A stretch of DNA of 63,395 nucleotides, the filler included, from Phoronis australis (lineage: Eukaryota > Animalia > Phoronida): assembly GCA_002633005.1 (NCBI GenBank). It is 6 parts of 6 records of this genome, joined end to end, with 100 filler letters (N's around TTAATTAATTAA, not from the genome) between each part and the next. Parts side by side here need not be neighbours in the genome. Positions count along the whole stretch, not along the records: positions 17,213 to 48,772 come from NMRA01000019.1; 5 more parts are not named here. One strand, 5' to 3'. A program made the translations under genes and the position numbers. Shown one piece after another: positions 23,376-36,873 of this stretch (position 1 is the stretch's first letter; each line of letters starts with the position of its first letter). A model generated the notes under the pieces. That model was not told the DNA's origin. It searched no databases and saw only the letters and a program-made list of their open reading frames with translations.

Positions 23376-26300
23376 GTCTCCGCGTGAAAGGAACTTTCAA
23401 AGAACACATGGAATTGGAGAATTTTCCATTTGACTACCAGGCATGTTTCCGTGTGTGTTGGCTGTGTTTAATCGTGAAAGCCTCGGTCAGAATTATAAAT
23501 TTCTTGCATAAGGAAATATTGCTAAAATGCTCAAAGCTTAACAGAATCACTACAAATGATTTCTGACAACACCTTAACGTTTTTTTTTGTGGAGGTTATT
23601 ATCAAAATTGCTTGGATGTCTTTTTCAAAAAAATTGTAAGGCTAGTGTGTCTTCACAACTGATAAAGCGCGTGAAATTCAGGTACCACATTGTTCGCAAA
23701 CATGATTTTGCATCTTGCCCAAACAACACGTTACTCCCAGACAACTTGCAGGTTATTTCTTGTAATTATCAGGTTTTGAAAGCGAATTTGTCCATTTAGT
23801 TAAACGAGTTTACTAAACTTATGCCACTGATTGGCCGAAAAGATTTGAACATTTTTGAGACTCAGCAATAGATTTCATTGGCTAATTGGAACATTACGCC
23901 ATAAATAAAAACATCTTAATAATGAATTTAGTTGCAAGCATGCACACCGAGCTATTTCTGGACGTCCTAAGAGAAATGCAGTTCCTTCCAGCTGTCGATT
24001 TTGGTATTTCTGGAAATGGTCAGTTCATCTCGCACGGCAGCCCAGCGTCAATTTCGCTCCAAATCATTATTATTAGGAAATCAATCTTCCGTTTGCTTCT
24101 GTATTTTCCCTCGTTTTCTCTCATAAAGCGAAGAGAATAGCCCTCTATTTGTTAATGACAGATTTGTTTAGCACGAAACGTCTACAATTTCAGTCATTTC
24201 CACGGCGTTTAGAAATGAAACAGCTGACGATGTGACCAGCTCGGATTCACCTTAAGAATAGAACTCTTTAGCAGGTGTTTATATTTCCTCATAAACGTAC
24301 AAACAGTGCATCTTGTTGTTTCACAGCTCTGATCAAATTGAACAGGGTCAGAGGTACTAAAACATCATCTCAGTAACACATTTTTGATCTTAAAACCGAA
24401 TGTGTCATTTGCAGCAAAATAATGCAATACTTTAAAGGCAACTTTTAATCAATTCATTTCAAAATGTTCCTCCATTTGCGCGACCGGCATATAAAGATAC
24501 ATGTGCGGGTCTCAAAATGTTTCATGTGATGTCTGAAAGAGGCCATTTTGACATTCATTGCGACAAAAGGTGTACGCCTTCATACGTACTAATCTACGCG
24601 TCTAGCATTATTTCGAAAGACTGAAACCAGTTAACACTGGATTCGCAAACGATTTTTGTTAACGTGCCACAAACCTTAAACCACAATCATAAAATGTTTT
24701 ACAGATTAATATTGGTTTAACGTTCTTTTTAGGCACTGTCATTTCATGTGCATTCTGACTGGCCGACTGATGACGTGGAGTTTGAGCAAGACTACATGTT
24801 CAAAGACGTTATCAGAAAGGATGTGTATACCGGTAATATTGTCAACTTGTGTTAACGGCTGATTAGAGAAATACTTGTATGAGCTTTCATCTGTTTCTTC
24901 CTCCCCCCCTCCTTTCCTGCCCAGTCAACAAAGTGTTCTATCGAGCTAGACCGGTACGGCCGCTGCATCTTTCACCTGGCTCGAAGATTACCATAGTTGA
25001 GGCCTCAAGATGGGCCCCTTACCTGGACGTAGCTTACGTAAGTCCATTTCACGCATTGCAAATTCAGTTGGCAATCCTTTGCAATTCGATAATCCGACAT
25101 CAACCGTTTCTAGGTGTCGACAAAACGCCAAGGTTTGTGAGTACAAACGCCACAGTAAAGACTTTCTTCACTCTAAGAGTACAACCGTGACTGCTGGGGC
25201 TTTGCACTGAGTCTGTGTCTTATAAATTTAGTTAACCCACTGGGTTTACGCAACGGCAATTAGCACGGTGAATGGAAACGTTAGCCGAAAAGGTCCGTTT
25301 CTCCTTGAAAACGCCAATTTTAAACACTTCCCATGCATAGTATTGGTAGTAATGAATAGAGGACACTTGGAACACACGAATATGCCAATTTGTGTGTCAA
25401 AAATATAGAACGAGAGTTCTAAGAGTATAGAAAAAATCCCCACGCTAGGTCAAGGGCAGGGGACAGCTAATGCGGTAATGGATGAAACAGTTCACTGAAA
25501 TTCGCAGTACCAATTGTCGGAAGGCATTGGGTAAGCGGAGAAGACTCAGAGGAATACCTTCAACGTGGGATACAAAAAAAAACTTCGCCATCTGTTGGCA
25601 ATGGGCGACTTTTTTCCCTTTCCACGCAAGGACTACGTGGAAGAGAAATCTAAACCATAGTCTATATATCAAAGTCATCAAGAAACTTAGGCGAGGTTGC
25701 AGTTTATGGGAACGTCTCGAGGCAACACCGTGCAGTGCAAACCAAATGAACCAATAGTAGGTTTACCGTCCAAAAGGTCGAGCCTAGGGAAATGGCAATT
25801 AACGTTGAATTCACGTCGCCCTCATTGTGGATGGCGTAAGGGCTGGCGTCTTTCATGGCTGATGATTTACAGACACGTTCGACAGAGCTGTTCACAACTA
25901 TAAAGCATTTGTTGACTCCAGCATCGGTTCAGTTTTCTAGGATGAACCCCCCATTGCCCAGGACATGAATAGAAAGTAAATCATTGGTGTTTTTTCCAAA
26001 TAATGAATCCTGTATTTTCTTTTGATGAGCCATACAGACTCAACAGACCTGTTATAACGTGCATGTATGAACCATGCTAATATGACCAGGTCCTCTGTCA
26101 CGTTAGCCGGAACGTAAGCAGATTCAAGATGAGTTACATTTTATTCATATCCTCGGCTACTATGACCAATGTAGTTCAAGTACAGTATATTCAATCAGGA
26201 TAGGCCTTTAACTACTCACTAATTAGGCTGTGTACTGAAAACCAAAAAATAATGTTCATTACATTGAACGTCCATTCCCATTTAAAAGTGGGCCCCGAAT

Positions 26301-29300
26301 AAGGCCACGTCACAGAATCTGTCTCAAGTTCAAAGACTGGATTTCAGAGACCACCAAGAAGCATGTTATTGGAAACCCTTCTCAAGAGTCTTATCAAAAC
26401 AAATGGTCCATTTACAACAATTTCAAATCGTGGATATGATGAAACCTTGTACATAACAAACCAGCATTACGCCTCTGAAGGTCACACGCATTTGGTGTTA
26501 CGTGAGTTTGAACTAAAGTTACAACTTCAAGTTCCTTGAGATCGAGCCGTGCTTATCTGACAGAGAATCCACGTGACTTGGATTTTCCGTAATTTGACAC
26601 TGATGTAGCCTGTTAACATTGTTTTTTCGTGACAGGGTGACTTAGTCCTACAAGTTAGCCCCTAGGCCATGTTGTTTCACGGATCGGTCTGTTACTTTCC
26701 AAACCGGGCCGCTGGACAGAGAATTATTATAGACTTGTTGGACGTACGTCATGCCTTATTAACGCACATCTCAGCTCCTGGTGGAAAGCGCGGCATCGTT
26801 GTGGAGGCTGCAAGTTTCCTTGGTTCTTTATCCAAACTTCTACATTATTTTTTCTTGGAGCGGTGACAGATTTGCAGGCCCCTGGCTGTAGCAATCATAT
26901 TCATTGCCGTCAAGGCCCTACGTCAATTATCAATAACTCGACTATAGATGTTGCTACGGCAGGAAAGGTTATTCACAATTTTTCCCACATAACTATCGTG
27001 TATCAAATCGACTACCAAGCGACATTTTCATTCCTCTTAGAAAGCAGTGTCCGAGACAGGCACATGTATATTCATAGCATAACGGGTATATAAGCGCACG
27101 TATTCAAACTGTGTGTATTTGCCGCAGTACTTCATTGTCGTCTCAGCCAATGGGCTTTAAATGAGAATGCCACCCGATTTAATTAGTCTTTTTATCGTCT
27201 TAATCGGTTTATATCCACATCGCCTCTTATACGGTCGACCTTACCTTGCCGAGAGGTGTCGCTATAACCTGTGAGGAAAGTGAGAAACGACGCAGCGACG
27301 TCAGTGGTTCGTCTGCAGAGTGAATGCGGCTATATTGCGGTGCATTGTTCCCACTTGTCCGAACTATGAATTAGCTGCGAAGTAAGCGAGTATATCGTAT
27401 TTTCGACTTCCAGGAGAGCCCGAAATCCTTAGGAAGTGGCTCGCGGTAGTGAAGAATGAAAGGTTGGCTGTTAATAGCAAGTATGAGGCCGTGAAACATC
27501 TTCGTGTCTATGACCGGTATTTCGTCGACAGTGATTTCTCTGACGAATTCCGGCTTGCCAAAGAACTGTCCATACTTTCCGTTGCATGGACATGTTCACG
27601 GCGCCCCTCTAGTATTTCTTGATAAGTGTATTCCGGTTCGAACTGATAGCCTGTGAAACCTAACTATCCGACCCGTGAAGTCTTCGTCGCCTGAGCTCTT
27701 GACTAATACGGGATTGGCGCGGGGCGAGTTCCCATGTAGACGTTTATTATTCTGCGTTCTGTTTCAAAATGAATTACTCTCATCCTAATATAAATAGGTA
27801 AATAAAACATAAAGAATGGATCAACTGGAATTTTCGGATGTAATAACGTCCTTTGTCAACAGAAAATCGCATGCAAATGCGACAGAAATTGTATTATGTC
27901 ATCAGAAACTGGTTAATTAAGTTTTTAAGATCGTAAAAAAATTTTTTTCCAAAACTGTCACATGTAAAGTTCGTTCCTGAAATAATAAACGACAATTTGT
28001 TTAGGCACTCAAGAGTTCGCGCTGTGCGAACACGTTAAAGCAAGAAGGAAGCCGGCGGCAGGGGCACGCAAGAAGTTCCCAAGATATAAAGTGTCAACCC
28101 ACGTGACTCGCAAACCCAGCTATTACTTGTGGAATGTGGTCTTCGTAATGGTTTGTGGAACAGTCTAAGAAAACGTGTAGATGTTTTAGATGTGGCTGGG
28201 TCTGCGACTGCCCAGGCATTTAACTACTATTCTATCATAGAAAAGTGTACTCTACATGTAGGGTCACTGACTTACATCTTGACAAAGTCTGTGTTCATGG
28301 TGAGATGTTTTCAACTTGTTTATTTCAAATTTTGAAACATTCAATTTTACACTAGGGCATCATAAATATTTTGACCCACAAAATCAGTAAATGAAGCAAG
28401 TTTACAAAGGTTTCATGGAACGGGAAAGAACAAAATCTTCAGTATGTCTATGTCTTAGCATTTTCAATTTGATTCACTTTAACCTTCACAGGAGAGCCAA
28501 AACTCTGTAAAATTTACCAAATTTTCAATTTTCAATTTTAGTCATTGTTTGAGGGAACCGGTGGTCATTTTAGTGCGTCATTTTGAACTAAAAATAATAT
28601 CCCTGGTTTCTTTCGCGTTCGCCATTTCAGTCTGAGTCTTGTCTCACGGCGTAGGGCGTTCTGATTTAACGCAATCCCGACTTCGTTTATTTTTGCTGTT
28701 GGAACAATGTCATGATTTAAAAATATTAATGCATGAGTTTCAAACTTTGAAGATAGGGTTTAAGTTAAGCGAGTTAAATATGAAGTGATGCCACTCTCAA
28801 AGGTAGGAGCCAGAGTTGTGCATTGTTTCTTGAACCTGCTATCCCGATATCCTACAACATGTTGCACGATGAGTGTAAGGAAGCAGCTACATACGCAATA
28901 AGCCGACTGGACACCTCTTAAATCCTGCAGATTAAGCAAGTTGAACTTTCTCAATGTGATCAAATAAAAACCTTCGAAAACCGTTGTGTGTCTTGACTGA
29001 TTTGGCATACGACACGCAATCCAAAGCTTAACTGGTCACTGTGACCAAGCCCGACACATTACAAGTCTGGGCAAACACGTTTGAGAAGCTCATGGTGTAA
29101 CAAGTTGTAATAACGTTAAAACCTCTAAACACCTGAGAGAATTGTACCCCTTTTTGCAAGGTAAGGACCAAGCTAATGCATGGCACCATTACATGTCTAA
29201 AACTTATGGTGCATGGCAATAAATGGAAAACCCTGCCAATTATTTTCAAAGGGACAGACATACTTAAAACCTCTCTTTAAAGAACACGCTGATCAATTAC

Positions 29301-32300
29301 AGGCCTCTCGATAATTTCAGTTCTCCTGTTTCGTACAATGGATCTAACCATGATGTGTGCACAAGTCACAGTGGCGGATGTAGAAGGGGGCCAAGGGGAC
29401 ATAGACCCCCTAAAACTCCAGATTCCATTTAGCAGTTCCGGGATGCGAATGTCTGACTGGCAAAACCCTGGCTAATATTTTGCTCTGGCCCACCTAAATA
29501 AAAATCCAGGATCCGTCCCTGAAGTACATTGCAGCGAAATATACATGACACCGGCTGCAGTCGTTTTTTTCGGCTGTCACGAGTTGGATGAAGCGAAGTC
29601 ATCTCGGTATCAGTTTGGTTTGGAGTTCATATGTATGACTTCATAATCCCATTTTTTCTCTCATTACATCTTATCTACCAGTTTCTGTCTTTGGAAAATA
29701 GCTGTTTTGTTTCGGATGTGCACAAATCGTGTCATTTTCTTCGCCAAAAGTTGAAGGCATTTATGTACAAAATATGGAGCCGATGAGTGCAAAATGGATA
29801 ATGAATTTGAAATTTATGGCCCCTAGAAAGACTTATTGACTTCCTGTATTTTATCGTAAAATAGCTCTTCGAGTTTTCGTTCCATGCTTGATTTGTACTG
29901 ACTTTGGTCGAACGTAAAACCTGGGGTATTTCGCTAGATGTCTTTTGATCAATTTGTTCATATTAATGTACTGTACATGTATATCTGCAAGTATGTGTCA
30001 CTGTGTTGCTTTTTAGTTTAGAATGTTGTGTTCCAAATGTGTTCGTTCCCTTGTGAAAAACATTGTGGTTGATATCTTCTTTCTTCGATATTACAGACAA
30101 TCTTATTCCTGGAAAAAAAGTAAACATTCAGATTCCTGATATAGTGTTGCATCTTTGAATTAACAAATAAAGTATGTGCTGGAATGCCGTACTAATACCG
30201 ACAATTAAGAAATAGATATTTTAATATATTTTAGTACTGAATTTGCCGGTTTACTTCATACTATTTTAGTCCTCTTAGCACTGTGTCATATAAACTTGAT
30301 CAACAACCTTCTTGAAAATATGGCAGTTGAATTTGTTCATGCCTATAATTGTCAACTTTGAATCGCAATTAGATTGCTCTTGCGATCTTGTGTCTGCACG
30401 TTTTCCGAGTTCTTGTTTTTATTGATCTGTTACAATTCTCATTTTACAGGCTCTCATAATGATGCTGACGTTTACATCATTATGTGTTCCACCTGATGAG
30501 GTTGCCGATCGACTCAGTGTTACCCTGACTCTTCTTCTGACATCAGTGGCCTTCAAATTTGTCGTTTCCCAGAGTCTGCCAACTATTCCATATCTCACCT
30601 TATTGGTAAGGGTGGCAAACAGCACTGCATTTTATTATGCGTTTCTCGTGTTCTGTGGTATTTGTCTGTAGGCAATCTTTTCCCCTCAGTTGCGTTAAGA
30701 AATGTGAAGCGCTAATATATGGATATTGTTCAGTTTTAACTCTAAGAAACGTCCCATGCAGTTAAGCTACCTGCATTGTCTATTCGCAATACATTTAGAT
30801 TATACACGTAAGACCCTACTTTTAGAGTAGTTGCAAATTTGCGTATTTTGCCCGCTGTGGCCCCAGTTCCCGGTCGTCCTTGCAAGATGAATGCAACTGC
30901 ATTGTAGATCTAAAAAAATCAACCCGTCTGAATTGTTCGTCAAGTTTACGTCCCATATAAGCCTAAAAGTAGAGTTTCAAGTTAGTTTTGCCATACGGTA
31001 GCACTTCATGAGTTAAGAACTAAAGACAGTATTTTTTGTAATGTTTGTTTTTCAAAATGAACAATTGGTGCTGTAGTTGAAATGCAAGAAATCACGTCAT
31101 TTAACTATAAAAAACTGCACAATAATCAGAAATCCCATTTTATCGTCGTCTAAGGCATTGCTTGTTATACTGTCCAAGTTTAAGTTGTTGAAGTTTTTTT
31201 GACATTACACTGACAAATATCATGCCTTTCGGCTTAGGTCATAATTGAAAAAATAGGATATTTCAAATGTCTCTGCTTGGTTATTATTTACAGTCATCTG
31301 GATAATTTACTCAACTGGTTGTATAGATGTTATGCAACCTGTTTTGATTTCATAGAGGAAACAGCGTATCTGCGCTGCTTCTCTTGCAATATGCTGAAGT
31401 GGTCCACACGATCAGCGTGCATGTCGCTCGGTCCTTGCTTTATGCGTGCCGCCAATTTGGATGTTTATTTTCTACCGAAAGTGGCGTCTTGTTTACCTCT
31501 GAAGAGGTACCCCATGGCGATTTCCCTACGGATGTCGGTGAGGTCCATGGGTTTTTTCTTTGACCATAGCAGGCCTGTAGGAAGGTTAAAATTATTGGGG
31601 GGGGCCCAAACCAATTTGACTTCGCCAACCTAGCCCCATGCTATCGCAACCCCCTCCCCCAGTTCTCTGGATGTCACCATATTTGTACCGACAACCCTCA
31701 CCGCCTACGTCCGCCCTAGGTGGGGGTAATACCGGGGATGCAGCCATCACGATTTGAGTAACCGTGAATCAAAAAAGTTTCACGGAGAGTAAGAATGGCT
31801 CTAGGGCCAGCGCACTAAGGGGTAGCTGGGAGCTGCCTGAACTAATTATACCTGAGTTTCAACAGTGGATTCTTACCTATTCCTCTGCTCTGGGTGGAAG
31901 GTCACGGTTTGTTTTATTATGATAAAGTTTGGGGGAAAATTTTAATTTATTATGGCCATTCTTTGAACTAAGGTTTTGGAAAGGTGAGGGCCCGAGGTGC
32001 CTGGTATGAGTGTCTTTGTGGCCGTTCCAGAATCCCTAGATGAAACACTGCCGGTAGTCCAATTTGTTCTGGTTGCTGGGGGAAATGATACAGAGTGTGT
32101 CCCAAAAGCGATTACACAATTTAACGTCTGAAGTTCAAATTCTGTTCCCGTTGTAAGTGATATTCTATGTAGACCTACTACACGGTTACTCCTTATTTTA
32201 AACGTAGCTGTGCCAGTCATGACGTGCTCCCTGCATGCACGCACCTGGTGGGACTCGGGGGACCCGAACGAGCCCTCCCCCCATTTGGTAAAGTGGGCAA

Positions 32301-35300
32301 AAAGGTCCGCCTCAAAGAAACAATAAGTCCAAGGAAAACGAGACAAAAGTCCACTAAGACAGGAATTCGGCGTACATGCATGCACAAGTTATAGCCCTGA
32401 AAAAGTCCCGTATTGTATTTATGTTTCTTTTTAGTAAAAGGTCCATATTCACAAAAATTCGAGCTTCCCTATATTTTAGTCTGGGTGCCGCGTGTGTGGT
32501 ATGCACAGGAAATGCAAGCAAACGATTCAGTTTTGAAGAACAAAAATTCATTGCGCAATACTACTGGAAATTATAAACATCAAGAAAGTGCAAAGAGAAC
32601 CTTTCCAATTTGATGACCATTGACTTAGATTTTATTTGTTTAAGTACTTAAACGTCTTTTTCGATCTGCGGTTTGTAAACTTAAACCCAGTAATCTAGTT
32701 CCTAAGCCAAGAAACAATTTACTGTCATTCGAAGTGTGAGAACATTTTGGGACACTTTGTAGAGCTGTCCAAAATTCACCAATTTCCTTGAGACTTATTT
32801 CAGATAGACAAAAATCATTTAGTGTACTTTTGTATTTGGGGATATGATGATAGATCGAAATTTCCCAATGTCGGCCTGTAACTAAGTTCATTGAAGCATT
32901 ATCATTTCTTACAAGATTAGCTTCTAATTGCAAAAAATCAGTTGTTAATCAGTCCATTTTCATAGATACGTAAACATGTAAATCAGAAACCAACAATCAA
33001 ATCCATGAACAATGCGCTTACCTTGACTTAATTCCCTTTCAATCCTTTGTTAGTGAGTTTAAACAACAAAACTTGTACCGAAGTCTAAAAAGCAATGCAT
33101 TTATTGTCATTTGAATTGTGAGTAAATTTTGGGGAGTGTCCACATTTCATCAATGTCCTTGAGAAATATTTTAGATAGGCAAAAAGCGTCCAAGTGCACT
33201 TTACTATACAGCTGTAGTTTTGGGGATCGGATTATACTTAAGAGTTTTTTCCATATTCAGGCTTCAATTAAATCCCCTGAATCGTACTAATTTATTATAA
33301 GACTAGTTTGTGATTGCCAAGAATCGTCTATTAAACTGCCAGTTTTCGTAGATACATAAACATTGTAAGTCAGAAACCAACAAATTCGTTGATCAAAATG
33401 GAATGTTATAAGTATTTTCTGCAGGCTTGCTCGCAGATTTTTGACAAGAAACTGGAGGAAAATGGGAGATTAGGCATTCATGGTTTGCTCCTTTCCGAGG
33501 TACCTACATGTATAACGGTTCACTAGTTGAACTTGGCCTCAGAAAAATTTGAAATATTTCTTTATCATAGCGAATATTTGCGTACACTCGTTCCACTTAT
33601 GCATGGTCATCCCAATGCTAGCCTCGACAGCAGTGTTTTCCACATGTGGGAATTCGTTACGAACAACTCACAGTAACCATTTTCAAAAGGGATACTATTC
33701 TTGTGATACTATGGGAAACAGTAACATTATTATATAACTAACCATCGGAAATAGTCCTGTTGTGTAGTTAATAAATAGCGGTCTTCACGTTCTTCAAAAT
33801 TCCACCTTTTCGATGGCAGTCAAACCTCTTGTATGTTTTCAAATTTTTTGATTGTTTGGGTCGAATGTCTTGATACTGGTGTGCTGTGCTCAAATGTTTT
33901 GTGTTTTTTAATGAATTTGGAATCTCAACTTCCCCCGTAAAAACTGGTCGGTGTCGGATTTACATTGTATAGAGGGACTAAGGGACATTTCTCTGAACTG
34001 ATTCACCGAGAGAGGGTCCTGTCTGAAATAGGACACCTTAATTATGAAAGGCTAAACATAATTAAGTTTGGAAAATAGTGACAGTTCATTCCTCCGTCTT
34101 ATAGTCACAAGATTTTGCAGGAAGTGACCTTCCTCAACATAAACGTTGGTTGCACGATATCACAAAACAGGAAACTAGAGGTAATCGAGTCCAACTTTGG
34201 GCTTTCTCTCCCTGAGTGGACCCTTAAGAATTTGTCAATAAAAACATAAAAACGTGGCCACTTGAATGTCATCAATGGCTTTCTTCAAGTGTGGGGCCCC
34301 TCAATATGAAAATATCTATATTTTGAAAAGTCAAGAAATGAGCAGCAATTGATGATATCTGTCAGATCATCAATTTTTCTCAAATGATATACATGTACAA
34401 TTCAAGGAAAAAGCGACAGTTGTCTCCGTTATCCCTTACGAAAGAGGGGCTTCTGGAAAATATGGTTTTTTAGTCTCAAATTTGACTTATTGAAATTAAA
34501 AATCCAGTAATTTAATACGCTCCGCAAAGCTGGTTTCGTTTTAATTTTTTTCGATTTTTTCAAAATATATGCATGAATCATTACGAGCACATTTTCAAGT
34601 ACGTTTAGACAACCTGTGTTGCGAAACTGGAGACCGCGTCCTCAAAAGTTAAACCGTGCACTGATACTGAGTTGTTAAATGTTCTCTTGAATTTTCTCTC
34701 CTAACTGCATTTAGCAGAATTTCTTTTCTCGACTGTCCCCCACGCGTATGTCGATTGCCACGGTTTAACCCTGACGCCTGAAAACTGTTTGGGGGGCCCA
34801 CATCCTTAATTCAATGGAGTTCCCAAAAACTTCCAAGTTGCGCTAATTTCATCATTCCTGAGCTCACATTTACCAACACAGATGTCTCCGTAGCTGGGTG
34901 AAAACGTCGTATTCATGACAATTTACTTGGATTTGAAAATATAATAAAAACACTAGTTCTTTTGTATTTATGGACACATAAATAACCAAAATAGTCAATA
35001 GCAACCACGTTTTATTTTTAATGCGTGGAAATTTGAATCTGTGACCATATACAGTACATGCATTTTTGATAGGTGAGCTCCTGTGATTTTACATGTAATA
35101 TAATGGCAGATAAGCAAATGGTTTACAAGTCTATATTCATACATTTTAATCAAACGATTCTATTGACTACATCGATATGGCGACCGCTCAGGTTGGGCCA
35201 CGCATGCGTGGGAGTTATTTGCAATGGTTTGTTCCGCCGTCTGTATTTGCAATAGAATTCACACTCATTAAAACTTTTTGCAGCTTTGCCGTTTTTTTTT

Positions 35301-36824
35301 TCAACCAAATTGCATAAGAGCCTTATCGTTAGAAAGCTCTTGATCAGTTCTTGATAGCTACAATGCACGTGTTACCAAAAGCTAAAGGAAATTAATTTAA
35401 TTCATTTTACGTACCTGACTGGTTTAAAAATAGGTTTCAACTCTAAAAACCAAAGGTGTTAGCAAAATACAAAAAACAGCTCGTAATAGTAACAGAAATA
35501 GCGAATCCTAAACGAGTCCTGGGTTTATGACATAGGGAAAACCTCTTGGAAACTTCGTGAAATTCTCGAGGCTTGACGAGGGATTTTGACGAAATTTCCA
35601 TGTGGTTTTGACCATGTCATAAATCTGAGACGAGTGTAGGACTTGTTTCCTTACATGAACCGAAAAAACGATCTTTTTGCCGAAAAGTTCGACGTGTTTA
35701 AAACTTTCAACCACATGACTCAACTTTTGTAAAAACTCGCTTACGCAATGTTACTTTTTGTTAATAGTGTTATTTTAATGGTTCAAAAGGTTTCTACATT
35801 ATTAAGATAAAGGTTTTAAAATATGGATCCATCACGCTCTCTGTGCATAATTTAATCAGGCAATTTATCCAAAACTAAACACCTTTATAAATCATAATTA
35901 ATTGGCAATTTGGTGCCAATTGACACAATTACATTATTCAGAAAAAATCACAATGCAGTGACATTTACGGAAAATTCGATAAAGTACTCCAAGTATCTAT
36001 CCGAAATTAGCCAAACATCTATCACGTAGCTTTGAAATGCACTATGGATAGCTGATGACATTGGTTGTAGTGTAGAAATTGCCATAAACGTTAAGAAATA
36101 AACTCATTCCTCAGAAAGTCAACGTGAGTGATCCTGATACATGTTGTGTGTGTCATCGTACACAAAAGACATGAAAACACATTTGTTCAATTGTTATGTT
36201 AGTAAAGAAAGTCGACTCTGGAAAATAACAATATTCATAAAAAGAGACAATGTTATTTTGAACTGGTGTTGCATTGTTGTCATGGTCAACATTCAGGAAA
36301 GAAAAAACCAACTACTGGTATGGAAACCGGGACCTCAGGATAAAAAACGGGATATCTGGGTCTTAGTAAAAACGTAAAGGTGAAATATTTGCTGCAAAAT
36401 TCAAAGACATACCGACAGCGTTTTCTTGTCGAACGGAAGATGTAACACCCAAAAATTCCCTACAGCGTTTTTTGATGTTTAATAATAGGATGGGCGATTG
36501 CAGGTGCCGTGGGAACCGATGTAGCGTGGGAAAATATAGTTATGTCACCTGCGAAACTAGGGAAGTATGTGGTATTATTTCAATTTGACTTTATATCAAA
36601 ATCGATACAATTAGATGATGTGTCGGAAAAATAAAGAAGTGGGACAGTCCGCCAAGAGCGGGGCAATTAGTTGTGCGCTGACGGCAAAACGAACCACTGG
36701 GTGGCTTCCTTTGCGAGGTGAACATTTCATTTTCAATTTTTTTATCGAATTAACAACAGCAGCATCTGGGCAACAGGTAAAAAAATACACAAATGAATTT
36801 TGAAAACAGTTGACAAGAGTAATG

Positions 36825-36873
<49 letters not shown>

